DNA of 64,000 nt, from positions 5,733,280-5,797,279 of the forward strand of contig NZ_CP034689.1 in the NCBI RefSeq assembly GCF_003994415.1, read 5' to 3'. Below are positions 1-9,420 of the stretch, one piece after another (within the stretch, counting starts at the first letter, position 1; each line of letters begins with the position of its first letter). The notes under the pieces are model-generated. The model was not told where the DNA came from, searched no databases, and saw only the letters and a program-made list of their open reading frames with translations. Origin of the DNA: Achromobacter spanius. Lineage in GTDB: Bacteria > Pseudomonadota > Gammaproteobacteria > Burkholderiales > Burkholderiaceae_B. Position numbers and translations under genes: made by a program.

Positions 1-437
1 TCCACGTTGAACTTCAGGCCGGACACACGTTCCAGCACCGGCACGCAATCTTCTTCGGTGGCGCCGGGATAAACGGTGGATTCATAGATGACGATGTCGC
101 CGCGCTTGAGCACCGCGCCGATCGTTTCGCTGGCTTTGACCAGCGGGGTCAGGTCGGGCTGCTTGTATTCGTCGATGGGCGTGGGAACGGTCACGATGAA
201 CACGTTCGCCTGGCCGAGTTCGGCGCGGTCGGCTGTGTAGCTCAGTTGAGCGGCTTCGGCCAGCTCTTCGTCGCTGACTTCCAGCGTGTGGTCGTGGCCA
301 GCCTTCAAGGCGTCAATACGGCGCGTATTGATATCAAACCCGATGACCGAGCGCTTCTTGCCGAACTCCACCGCCAGGGGCAGACCGACGTAGCCCAGGC
401 CCACGACAGCGAGTTTCACATCCTGAATTCGCAACAT
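1..437 (-). CDS. Nucleotide-sugar dehydrogenase (UDP-glucose/GDP-mannose dehydrogenase family, WbpA/TviB-like UDP-N-acetyl-sugar dehydrogenase). N-terminal part only; the gene runs off the window start.
   Basis: Reverse-strand translation begins MLRIQDVKLAVVGLGYVGLPLAVEFGKK with a Rossmann GxGxxG NAD-binding motif, typical of UDP-sugar 6-dehydrogenases. The ATG lies at 435-437. The reading frame stays open to position 1. Confidence 0.85.
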   Translation of the reverse strand, partial: MLRIQDVKLAVVGLGYVGLPLAVEFGKKRSVIGFDINTRRIDALKAGHDHTLEVSDEELAEAAQLSYTADRAELGQANVFIVTVPTPIDEYKQPDLTPLVKASETIGAVLKRGDIVIYESTVYPGATEEDCVPVLERVSGLKFNV

Positions 438-536
438 AACTCTCCCTTCACCGTAAGACGTTTACGGCATTCTAAATATGGTCGGGTGATTGATGATTAA
501 CGAGCCCCCGACGGCAATCGCCGGGGCACTCAAACC

Positions 537-1643
537 TTAATCCGAGGTCTTCAGCACGGACGGCAACAGCAGCCACCCCGGGCGACGCCAGGACACCAGG
601 CGGGCGTACAGCCAGACGTAGACGCTGGCGAACACCACCAGGCTGGCGCCCAGGGCCCACGCGTTGTCCCACCAGATGGTGGCCGGCACCAGGCCGATCA
701 GCGCCAGCACCCACATGTAGGGCGACGCCATCGCGTTGCACAGCGCCGGCACCGCATGGCGGCGGCCACGGCTGAAGGTCACGCGAACCAGGCGGCGGAA
801 CACCAGTTGGTGCAGGTGCAGCGCGTCGGGCTGGTCAACCGGCACGCCGCGCTTGAAGCGGCGGCGCCAGATCGAAAAGCCGGTTTCGAAAACGGGGTAG
901 AACAGCACGGCCAGCGCATAGAAGGGCGACACCGACGGGTTGCGCACCACCAGCAACACGGCCAGCTCGGCCAGCATGAAGCCCAGGAAGTACGCCCCAC
1001 CATCGCCCAGGAAAACGCGGCCGAACGGGAAGTTCCAGACCAAAAAACCCAGGGTGGCGGACGCCAGGGCGGCCGCGATCATGAAGATGGGCACGTCGCC
1101 CACTTGCAGGGCCACCAGGCTGATCGACACCGCCATCAGCGTGGCGACCATGCCGGCCAGGCCGTTCATGCCGTCCACGATATTCAGCGCATGGGTACAG
1201 CCGCCCACGGCAAACATGGTGAACAACAGCGATACGGGCCAGTACGACAGCACGTAATCCACCGGGGCCATGCCGACACGGCTGACCCCGCCCAGCAGCC
1301 ACCAGGCAATAGCCGCCGACAGGAACGCCGCCAGCAAGCGCTTGCTGGCGCCGATATCTTTCGTAATGTCTTCAAGCAGGCCGGCCACGAAGACCGGCAG
1401 GGCGGCAACGAACAATGCCGGCCAAAGCCAGGTCAGCGTCATGTTGGCGGGGCCCAGCACCAGCAGGCCCAGCAGGGTGCCGGCCAGTACGGCCAGGCCG
1501 CCAACGCGGGGCGTGGCTCGGGAATGGTTCGCTTGCGGTTTGTTGAGGTCGCTGTCGCCGGTGAAGCGGCCATGCCAGCGCTCCGACCACACGATGAGTC
1601 CCCCCACCATGAACGCGACCACGCAGATATACAGCCAGGTCAC
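537..1643 (-). CDS. Glycosyltransferase family 4, undecaprenyl-phosphate N-acetylhexosamine-1-phosphate transferase (WbpL/WecA/MraY superfamily). Initiating transferase of an LPS/O-antigen locus.
   Basis: 368-aa polytopic membrane protein with the MraY/WecA-type motifs VDGMNGLAG and NFPFGRVFLGDGGAYFLG. It sits directly upstream (in transcript order) of the sugar dehydrogenase gene. Confidence 0.85.
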   Translation of the reverse strand: MTWLYICVVAFMVGGLIVWSERWHGRFTGDSDLNKPQANHSRATPRVGGLAVLAGTLLGLLVLGPANMTLTWLWPALFVAALPVFVAGLLEDITKDIGASKRLLAAFLSAAIAWWLLGGVSRVGMAPVDYVLSYWPVSLLFTMFAVGGCTHALNIVDGMNGLAGMVATLMAVSISLVALQVGDVPIFMIAAALASATLGFLVWNFPFGRVFLGDGGAYFLGFMLAELAVLLVVRNPSVSPFYALAVLFYPVFETGFSIWRRRFKRGVPVDQPDALHLHQLVFRRLVRVTFSRGRRHAVPALCNAMASPYMWVLALIGLVPATIWWDNAWALGASLVVFASVYVWLYARLVSWRRPGWLLLPSVLKTSD

Positions 1644-2388
1644 TTGATCACCTTTCTTGGTCTATGGAGACAGGCCCGCCATTATCGGGGGCAGGTGTAA
1701 CGCCCATATATGGGAGGAATAAGGAAGTGCAATTCACGGGCACGAAACGTAACTCCCGGGTCAGGGGCGTTCTTTCGCACGGAAGTCCAGGATTCATGCA
1801 GGCGATTGTAGATCTTTCCGCCTTGGCGCATGCGAAATATCCCAGGGAAAACGCGGATGCCTCCATAGGGAGGAGGCACCGTCATTCCAAGGCCTACGAT
1901 GAACCTGCACTTACAAATAGGGACACATCGAAGGCGCGCAAAAAAAAGCCCGAGATCGTGAGATCTCGGGCTAAATCCACCAAAGGAGGAGGGTGGAGGA
2001 GACAACCGTGGCATGTTGGGAGCTGACCTTCTGCTCGCTTTGCTGTCGGGGTTTTGCACCGCGCCGACTGCGTTTCAACATCCGATGTGTGAATATTAAC
2101 GAGGTTTTTTGTGCGATGCAAGAATTTTTTTGATCTCTGTAGAAGGTCAAATTCCGCGTTGCGTTTTTGCTGCAAATTTACGGCTACCCCCTTGGAAACC
2201 CGCAGCCACAAATGACTTGGCCGAAAAAAGGGTTTTTGCCGAACGGGTAAACCCCTTGGGGATTTACCCTCGTCGGTTTCGGGTAATCCCGCCTGAATTG
2301 TCGCACCATTTTGGTGCAATCTGCACCAAAATGCGACCAGATTGGTGCGTCGCAACATTTCTGCCGGCGGGGCCAAAACCGTCACACT

Positions 2389-3066
2389 TCAGATCCAATA
2401 CGCCGTCGTGGTCATCACTTTGGACATCGCCCGCATGGCCGTCTTTACAGGGCCTGGCAGCGGTACGCCCCCTGCCCGCTCGGCGCTGGCGCGGTGCTCC
2501 GCTTCGTCGTCTTTCATCTTCCGGACGACCTCGCGCGAGCGCTCATCCTGCACCGGCAAGGTGCGTAGATGCTCTTCCAGATGTGCCTCGACCTGCTTTT
2601 CGGTTTCGGCCATGAAACCCAGGTTGCGCGGCACGCCGGCGGCGCTGGCCAGCACGCCCAGGGCGAACGAACCGGCGTACCAGACCGGATTCAGCAGGCT
2701 GGGCCGGCTATTCAATTCCGTCAGGCGCTCGTTGCACCAGACAAGATGATCCACCTCCTCGGCGGCGGCATTCAGCAGCAGCGCGCGCGGGGCGGGTTCA
2801 CGGCACACCGAGGCTTGCCCGCGATACAGCGCCTGGGCGCAGATTTCACCCACGTGGTTCACGCGCATCAATCCGGCTGCATGGCGCTTTTCCTCTGCCG
2901 ACAGCGTGTCGGGCGCTTCCGGCGTCTTGGCCGGATAGGGCCGCCCGGCCGTGGCGCTGTTGGACAAGACACGCAAGGCGCGGTCGGCTTCGGCCAGCAG
3001 GGCATCCAGTGGGCCGACGCGACGGCGGAAGGAAACAGGTCCGGATTGGGACATGGCGATGGACAT
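2389..3066 (-). CDS. coq7: 2-nonaprenyl-3-methyl-6-methoxy-1,4-benzoquinol hydroxylase (demethoxyubiquinone hydroxylase, Coq7 family).
   Basis: A 264-aa ORF containing the di-iron carboxylate Coq7 signature (VNHVGEICAQALYRGQA, EExxH motifs). I place the start at the internal Met (MSIAMSQSGP) at 3066, giving about 225 aa, which is the family length. Confidence 0.82.
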   Translation of the reverse strand: MSIAMSQSGPVSFRRRVGPLDALLAEADRALRVLSNSATAGRPYPAKTPEAPDTLSAEEKRHAAGLMRVNHVGEICAQALYRGQASVCREPAPRALLLNAAAEEVDHLVWCNERLTELNSRPSLLNPVWYAGSFALGVLASAAGVPRNLGFMAETEKQVEAHLEEHLRTLPVQDERSREVVRKMKDDEAEHRASAERAGGVPLPGPVKTAMRAMSKVMTTTAYWI

Positions 3067-3189
3067 GGGCGACTCCTCTGCAAGACTGACCACACACCCC
3101 TGATGCGGGGCGGGACTCTCATGCCTGGAATTGTACGCAACGGGTATCATCAGCCATTGACTGCGCGCAATGTGGAAGGACACTCAAAA

Positions 3190-3633
3190 ATGGAATGCAC
3201 GATAGCCTGGGGCGGCCCCAACGGCATGCTCTTTACCGCCAGCACTGGCAGCGGCCACGTGGCCGTGATGGATGGCGCCGTGGATGGCGGCGGACACAAC
3301 CTGGCGCCCCGCCCGATGGAAATGCTGTTGGCCGGCACCGGCGGCTGCACGGCCTACGACGTGGTGCTGATCCTGAAGCGCGGCCGCCACGCCGTTACCG
3401 GCTGCAGCGTCAAGCTGCAAGCGGATCGCGCCGAAAGCGACCCCAAGGTCTTCACCCGCATCCATTTCGCCTTCACCGTCACGGGCCGCAACCTGCCTCA
3501 GGCGGCGGTGGAACGCGCCGTGCAGTTGTCGCACGAAAAGTACTGCTCGGCCTCGGCCATGCTTGAGAAAACCGCGGCGATGACCTTTTCGGTCGAAATC
3601 GTCGACACCCAGGACGCGCCGGCCGCAGCCTGA
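3190..3633 (+). CDS. OsmC family protein (OsmC/Ohr peroxiredoxin-like).
   Basis: 147 aa starting [23 protein letters not shown], with the two conserved cysteines (GGCTAYDV and EKYCSAS) of OsmC. The longer upstream ORF extension overlaps coq7 on the opposite strand and is unlikely to be real. Confidence 0.8.
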   Translation: MECTIAWGGPNGMLFTASTGSGHVAVMDGAVDGGGHNLAPRPMEMLLAGTGGCTAYDVVLILKRGRHAVTGCSVKLQADRAESDPKVFTRIHFAFTVTGRNLPQAAVERAVQLSHEKYCSASAMLEKTAAMTFSVEIVDTQDAPAAA

Positions 3634-3641
3634 GAACCGCC

Positions 3642-4613
3642 ATGAAACAATATCTAGACCTCGTCCAATCCATCCTGGACACCGGCGCTTGGCAGGAAAA
3701 CCGGACGGGCATTCGCACGATCAGCATGCCGGGCGCCTCGTTGCGCTTCGACCTGCAGAAAGGCTTTCCCGCCGTCACCACCAAGAAACTGGCTTTCAAA
3801 TCCGCCATCGGTGAAATGGTCGGATTCCTGCGGGCCTCGCGCAGCGCGGCCGAATTCCGTGAACTGGGCTGCAAGGTCTGGGACCAGAACGCCAACGAAA
3901 ACAGCCAGTGGCTGGCCAACCCGTACCGTGAAGGCCCGGACGACCTGGGCCCGGTTTACGGCGTGCAATGGCGCCAATGGCCGGCGTACAAGCTGTTGGA
4001 CGCCAGCCGCCCGGCGCAGGTACAAGATGCCTTGGCGCGCGGTTACGCCAAGGTAGCCGACCTGGAAGAAGGCGGCGTGGCCAAAGTCTTGCTATATAAG
4101 GCGGTGGACCAGTTGCGCCAGTGCCTGGACACCATCCACGAGCGGCCCGGCGACCGCCGCATCCTGTTCCATGGCTGGAACTGGGCCCAAATCGAAGAAA
4201 TGGCGCTGCCGCCCTGCCATCTGCTCTACCAGTTCCTGCCCAACGCCACGACCCGCGAGATTTCGCTGTGCCTGTACATCCGATCGAATGACGTGGGCCT
4301 GGGCACGCCATTCAATTTGACGGAAGGCGCCGCGCTGCTGCATCTGGTGGGCCGCTTGACCGGCTACACGCCGCGCTGGTTCACCTACTTCATCGGCGAC
4401 GCGCACATCTACGAGAATCACCTGCCGATGCTGCGCGAACAGCTCACCCGCGAGCCCTACGAATCACCCAAGCTGGTGCTGTCCGACCGCATTCCGGATT
4501 TCGCTGTCACCGGGCGCTATGAACCGGAATGGCTGGAAAAGGTGGAACCCTCCGACTTTTCACTGTCCGGCTACACCCACCACGCCCCGCTCACCGCCCC
4601 GATGGCCGTGTAA
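3642..4613 (+). CDS. thyA: Thymidylate synthase (long 323-aa ThyA form).
   Basis: Begins [64 protein letters not shown], and contains PPCHLLYQF with the catalytic Cys. This is a classical ThyA. Confidence 0.95.
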   Translation: MKQYLDLVQSILDTGAWQENRTGIRTISMPGASLRFDLQKGFPAVTTKKLAFKSAIGEMVGFLRASRSAAEFRELGCKVWDQNANENSQWLANPYREGPDDLGPVYGVQWRQWPAYKLLDASRPAQVQDALARGYAKVADLEEGGVAKVLLYKAVDQLRQCLDTIHERPGDRRILFHGWNWAQIEEMALPPCHLLYQFLPNATTREISLCLYIRSNDVGLGTPFNLTEGAALLHLVGRLTGYTPRWFTYFIGDAHIYENHLPMLREQLTREPYESPKLVLSDRIPDFAVTGRYEPEWLEKVEPSDFSLSGYTHHAPLTAPMAV

Positions 4614-4999
4614 GGTCGCGCTGGGCCCGCCGGCCGCTTCGGCGGCTGGTACCCGCCGAGCGCACGGACACTATGTGAAGATTGGTGAGCTTCTGGGCGC
4701 GCGATTTCGGTATAACCCATCCCTTAGCCCGGGACGCGCGTCCAGAACCGCGTGCGCGCCCAGGCTTCCGACCGGCTCATGCCGCGCCGCGCCCGCCGCT
4801 TGCCGCGCTACCGCGGCGCGCCCGGCAGCGCAGACCGCAGGCATTGCTTGCCACCTCCCCCTACCCGACAAGAGAGTACGTAAATCGCCAGCGTCGACAG
4901 CAGCAATCGTCTTGCGACCTGATTGCAACTGTTGACTACTAATTGATTTGATTTGAGGCCGGCGTGACGGCAGTAAGCGCTTAGGACAGGACCGCACAA

Positions 5000-7063
5000 A
5001 TGCTCGTTGGAACTTATAACCCTTCGCTCGTCCTCGTATCTCTAGGGGTCGCCATCCTGGCGTCATATACGGCGTTGGGCATGGCCAACCGCGTGCGGGC
5101 CTCGAACGGGCTGCCGGCCGCGCGTTACTGGCTGGCGGGCGGGGCGTTCGCCATGGGCGTGGGGATCTGGTCGATGCACTTTGTGGGCATGCTGGCCTTC
5201 AACCTGCCCATCCCGATGGGCTACGACCTGCCCTTGACGATACTGTCGCTGGCCATCGCGATCGGCTGCTCGGCCTTTGCGCTGTGGATCGTGTGCAAGG
5301 ACGAACTGCCATGGCAGCGCCTGCTCAGCGGCGCGTTGCTGATGGGCGCCGGAATCGCCGCGATGCACTATCTGGGCATGGCCGCCATGCGCATGGCGCC
5401 CGGCATCATTTACGACGCAAGGTGGTTTGCGCTGTCCATCGTGATTGCGGTGGTCGCCTCGGGCGCCGCGCTGTGGATCACCTACCGTCTGCGCCACGAC
5501 GGACCGCGCCTGGCCCTGTCGCGACCGCTGGCGTCGGTGGTCATGGGCATTGCCATTGTCGGCATGCATTACTCGGGCATGGAAGCCGCCGCCTTCCCCG
5601 CCGGCAGCATCTGCATGGCGGCCGACGGCGGGATTTCGGCAGGCTGGCTGGCCATCGCCGTGACCGCAGTCACCTTGAGCGTGCTGGCGATTGCGCTGGT
5701 GGTGGCGGTGCTGGACAACCGGCTCGAGGCGCGCACATCGGCGCTGGCCTCTTCCCTGGCCGAGGCCAATGAAGAATTGGTGCAACTGGCCCTGCACGAC
5801 ACGCTGACCAAGCTGCCCAACCGCATCCTGCTTGAAGACCGCATGGAGCAGGCCATCGAAAGCGCCAGCCGACGCAAGGGCTATTTCGCCGTGCTGTTCT
5901 TCGATCTGGATGGCTTCAAGGCGGTCAACGACGCCTATGGCCACCACACGGGCGATGCCTTGCTGATCGACCTGGCCCAGCGCATCCGCCAGGCCCTGCG
6001 CACCCAGGACACGGTAGCGCGCCTGGGGGGTGACGAATTCATCGTACTGAGCGAAGTCATCGAACCCACCGACGCCGCCAACGTGGCAGACCGGCTGATC
6101 GAAGCCATTGCGCGCCCGGTCATGGTCTATGGCCACGAAGTGCTGGTGACCTCAAGCGTGGGCATCGCCATCTACCCGAACGACGGCGAGGACACCCACA
6201 CGCTGCTGACCAACGCCGACGCCGCCATGTACCACGCCAAGCGGCTGGGCGGCACCGGCTACAGCTTCTTCGAGCCGTCCATGAACGCGGACGCGCACGA
6301 GCAGATCGAGCTGCTTCACGACCTGCGCCTGGCGCAGGAGCGCGGCCAGTTCGTGCTGCACTATCAGCCCAAATATGAAGCCCCATCGGGGCCGATCATC
6401 GGCGCCGAGGCGCTGCTGCGCTGGAACCACCCCACGCGCGGCCTGGTCGGGCCGGACCAGTTCATTCCCACCGCCGAAAAGACCGGCCTGATCCTGTCGA
6501 TCGGCGAATGGGTGATCAACGAGGCGTGCCGACAGATGCGCGAATGGATCAACGCCGGCCAGGCGCACTGGACCATCGCCGTCAATATTTCGGCTCTGCA
6601 GTTCGCCCACGCCAGCCTGGTGGAGACGGTGCGCGTGGCGCTGGCGCGGCACGACGTGCCACCCTCTTGCCTGACGCTGGAAGTCACCGAGTCCACCGCC
6701 ATGCGCGACGCCGAGGCCAGCCTGGCCGTGCTCAAGCGCCTGTCGGGCCTGGGCGTCACCATCTCGATCGACGATTTCGGCACGGGCTATTCCAGCCTGC
6801 TGTACCTGAAGCGCCTGCCGGCGACTGAATTGAAGATCGACCGCGGCTTTGTGAATCAGTTGGAAAACGACAATGAGGATGCGGCGATCGTGGCGGCCAT
6901 CGTCGCCTTGGCGCAGCAGTTGAATTTGCGCATTGTTGCAGAGGGCGTGGAAACCGCTGCGCAACAGACGTTCTTGACGGGGCTGGGCTGTGATTCTCTG
7001 CAAGGTTTCCTGCTGGGCCGGCCGATGCCCGCGACTGAATTTCTGGAACACGCGACGAACTAA
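5000..7063 (+). CDS. Membrane sensor with an MHYT domain fused to GGDEF (diguanylate cyclase) and EAL (c-di-GMP phosphodiesterase) domains.
   Basis: Three MHYT repeats occur in the transmembrane helices (MHFVGMLAF, MHYLGMAAM, MHYSGMEAAAF). They are followed by GGDEF (RLGGDEF) and then EAL (QPKYEA with ALLRW). 687 aa. Confidence 0.9.
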   Translation: MLVGTYNPSLVLVSLGVAILASYTALGMANRVRASNGLPAARYWLAGGAFAMGVGIWSMHFVGMLAFNLPIPMGYDLPLTILSLAIAIGCSAFALWIVCKDELPWQRLLSGALLMGAGIAAMHYLGMAAMRMAPGIIYDARWFALSIVIAVVASGAALWITYRLRHDGPRLALSRPLASVVMGIAIVGMHYSGMEAAAFPAGSICMAADGGISAGWLAIAVTAVTLSVLAIALVVAVLDNRLEARTSALASSLAEANEELVQLALHDTLTKLPNRILLEDRMEQAIESASRRKGYFAVLFFDLDGFKAVNDAYGHHTGDALLIDLAQRIRQALRTQDTVARLGGDEFIVLSEVIEPTDAANVADRLIEAIARPVMVYGHEVLVTSSVGIAIYPNDGEDTHTLLTNADAAMYHAKRLGGTGYSFFEPSMNADAHEQIELLHDLRLAQERGQFVLHYQPKYEAPSGPIIGAEALLRWNHPTRGLVGPDQFIPTAEKTGLILSIGEWVINEACRQMREWINAGQAHWTIAVNISALQFAHASLVETVRVALARHDVPPSCLTLEVTESTAMRDAEASLAVLKRLSGLGVTISIDDFGTGYSSLLYLKRLPATELKIDRGFVNQLENDNEDAAIVAAIVALAQQLNLRIVAEGVETAAQQTFLTGLGCDSLQGFLLGRPMPATEFLEHATN

Positions 7064-7138
7064 GGGGGAGCGAATTTGCTACGCTTACGCCGTCGCGCGG
7101 GCCGACCCCCGGCCCCGCCCCAACCGTAGCCAACCCGC

Positions 7139-7621
7139 ATGCCCGCCAGCCTTACCCTGATCGTCGCCTACTCCACCAATCGCGTCATCGGACGCGACAA
7201 CGCCCTGCCCTGGAAGCTGCCGGGCGATCTGGCGCATTTCAAACGCAGCACGCTGGGCCATCCCATCATCATGGGCCGTAAGACCTGGGATTCCCTGGGG
7301 CGCCCGCTGCCGGGCCGCAGCAATATCGTCATCAGCCGCAATCCAGACTTCAGCGCAGCCGGGGCCACCGTGGTGCCGACGCTGGAGGCCGCCATCGCCG
7401 CTTGCGGCGACGTGCAGGAAGCCTTCGTGATCGGCGGCGCGCAGATCTACGCGCAGGCACTGCCGATGGCGCAACGGGTATTGGCAACGGAAGTGCACGC
7501 CGACGTTGAAGGCGACGCGTTCTTTCCGTTGTTGCCGTCGTTTCAGTGGAAGGAAACGGGACGTGAAGCGCAGCCGGCGGAAAACGGCTATGGCTATGAT
7601 TTTGTGGTTTATGAGCGGTAA
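7139..7621 (+). CDS. folA: Dihydrofolate reductase.
   Basis: 160 aa beginning MPASLTLIVAYSTNRVIGRDNALPWKLPGDLAHFKRSTLGHPIIMGRKTWDSLGRPLPGRSNIVISR, the canonical DHFR motifs. Confidence 0.93.
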   Translation: MPASLTLIVAYSTNRVIGRDNALPWKLPGDLAHFKRSTLGHPIIMGRKTWDSLGRPLPGRSNIVISRNPDFSAAGATVVPTLEAAIAACGDVQEAFVIGGAQIYAQALPMAQRVLATEVHADVEGDAFFPLLPSFQWKETGREAQPAENGYGYDFVVYER

Positions 7622-7642
7622 GGGGTGTGGGGGGAAGTCGAT

Positions 7643-7788
7643 GGGTTTCGCGCGATAGGCACGGGCATTCTTCTTGAATCCGTGCCGCGCTTCACCCATC
7701 CTACCGATTGAGTCCGGTGGCTGTGCGTAGGATGGGTGCAGCGCGGCACAAGCGTCAGAAGAACGCCTTGGCCAATCGCGCGAAACCC
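7643..7788. repeat. Large imperfect inverted repeat (two arms of about 62 bp, about 85% identical, spacer about 22 bp) lying between the convergent folA and MocR genes. Could be a REP/MITE-like element or a long bidirectional terminator hairpin.
   Basis: Arm 1 is 7643-7704 (gggtttcgcgcgataggcacgggcattcttcttgaatccgtgccgcgcttcacccatcctac). Arm 2 is 7727-7788 and is its reverse complement with a few mismatches. The ORF track also shows the mirrored peptide PIARNPS on both strands. Confidence 0.7.
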
Positions 7789-7837
7789 ATCATGTAGCCT
7801 TCCTCGAACCCCATCGCGTCGCCTTCCGCCGCACCCA

Positions 7838-9256
7838 TCACGCCGCCCCCGCATTCCGCATGAACCGCCACAACGCTGGCGCCTCGGAATACGCCACGTT
7901 GAAGCGCACCCAGGGCGTATCGGCCTCGTCCACATCGAAATACGATCCTGGCGCCAGCCAGATGCCGTCCTTCAAGGCCAGCTCCGCCAGGCCATTGGCG
8001 CCGCGCTCGCGCCATAGCCCCGCCACCTTCGCCCACAGGAACAAGCCGCCTTGCGGCCGGCCATGGATCTCGAAACCGTGTTGCCGCATCTGCTCGGCCA
8101 CCACCCCATGCGCCTCGGCCAGCCGTTCGCGGGTGCGGGCGATGTGCGCGCGATAACGGCCTTCACGAATTACCTGGTGCACGATGCGTTCCATGATCTC
8201 CGGTGACGTCAGCCCCACCGCCATCTTGGTGCGCGCAATATCCCGAACCAGGTCACGGTGCGCCACCACATACCCCACGCGCACCGACGGGCTGATCACT
8301 TTGGAATACCCGCCCAGGTAGACCACCCGCCGCGCGCCGTCCAGCGCCGCCAGCATCGGCGTCACGCCCGGCGCCAATTCGCGCGAGATATCGTCTTCAA
8401 TCACCCACAAGCCATGCCGCTCGGCCGCTTGCAGGATGCGGAACGCATTGGCCATGCCGATGCTGGCGCCCGACGGATTCTGCAACACCGTATTGATGAA
8501 CAGCGCGCGCGGCCGATGCAGCGCCGCCACGCGCTCCAGCGCTTCGCAGTTCAGCCCGTCCACCGTGCGCGGCACCGACACCACGCGCAGCCCCGCCAGC
8601 CGCAGCAGTTGCAACAGGTTGGCGTAGGCGGGCTGCTCGACCACCACCGTGTCGCCTGGCCGCAGCAAGGTGCGGATCACCATGTCCAGGCCGTGCGTTA
8701 CCCCTTGGGTCAGCAGCACCTGTGACGCTTCCACCTCCATCCCTTGCGCGCTGAGGCTGGCCGCGATGGTTTCGCGCAGCGGCGCATAACCGTAAGGGTG
8801 CCCGTAATTGGCGATACGCATCGCCGGCACCCGGCCCATGTGGCGCAGGGCAACATGCAGCCCCTCTTCATTCAGCCATTCGCCGGGCAGCCAGCCACAG
8901 CCTGACTTGATGGGGATGGAGTGGTCGGCAAAGATGTCCGACAGCAGCCAGCCGGCGTTCAGGCGCGGCGGTTCCCATGACAGCGGTTCGCCCCGGCGGG
9001 CCGGCGCATCCGGCGACGCCACCCGATAACCCGCGCCCGGCCGCGCGGCCAGCCAACCCAGCGACACCAGGCGGCTATAGGCGCTGGCCACCGTGAAGGT
9101 GCTGACGCCGTACTGGCGCGCGAACTCGCGCACCGAGGGTAGGGACATACCCGGACGCAGCGTCTGTTCCTCAATAGCCCGCAGAATGGCCGCGACCAAT
9201 TGCTCCACCAGGGTCGGGGCCAGTCCGCGCGCGCGGTTGGGCTGAAAATCAATCAC
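7838..9256 (-). CDS. MocR/GabR-family transcriptional regulator (GntR-type wHTH fused to an aminotransferase class I/II-like PLP domain).
   Basis: 472 aa. The N-terminal GntR HTH reads LPSVREFARQYGVSTFTVASAYSRL, and the rest is an aminotransferase fold domain. It is divergent from the transaminase operon. Confidence 0.9.
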   Translation of the reverse strand: MIDFQPNRARGLAPTLVEQLVAAILRAIEEQTLRPGMSLPSVREFARQYGVSTFTVASAYSRLVSLGWLAARPGAGYRVASPDAPARRGEPLSWEPPRLNAGWLLSDIFADHSIPIKSGCGWLPGEWLNEEGLHVALRHMGRVPAMRIANYGHPYGYAPLRETIAASLSAQGMEVEASQVLLTQGVTHGLDMVIRTLLRPGDTVVVEQPAYANLLQLLRLAGLRVVSVPRTVDGLNCEALERVAALHRPRALFINTVLQNPSGASIGMANAFRILQAAERHGLWVIEDDISRELAPGVTPMLAALDGARRVVYLGGYSKVISPSVRVGYVVAHRDLVRDIARTKMAVGLTSPEIMERIVHQVIREGRYRAHIARTRERLAEAHGVVAEQMRQHGFEIHGRPQGGLFLWAKVAGLWRERGANGLAELALKDGIWLAPGSYFDVDEADTPWVRFNVAYSEAPALWRFMRNAGAA

Positions 9257-9265
9257 GACGAAGAT

Positions 9266-9300
9266 AACTGTACAGTTGTGGCACCCGTAACTATACAGTT
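9266..9300. promoter_or_regulatory. Putative MocR operator: two copies of the 12-bp palindromic motif AACTnTACAGTT (AACTGTACAGTT and AACTATACAGTT), 11 bp apart, in the divergent promoter region.
   Basis: Seen directly at 9266-9277 and 9289-9300. MocR/GabR regulators characteristically bind direct or inverted repeats in the intergenic region of divergent target operons. Confidence 0.6.
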
Positions 9301-9420
9301 AGCGGTCTTTGCGCAGATCGTATATTTTCATTCCCCCTGGGACGGACCAGAATCAACTGAATCCCGGCGGCAGCGCCTTTCCCCTTGCCGTGCCGCCGTT
9401 TCGTTCTCCCTGGAGCCGCC

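Noticed and set aside
1664-2385. Three overlapping ORFs (120, 163 and 168 aa) in the low-GC region upstream of the LPS transferase gene.
   Set aside because: They carry no recognisable motif, have Arg/Lys/Pro-rich low-complexity translations, and overlap one another. The region is better explained as a regulatory leader and terminator region.
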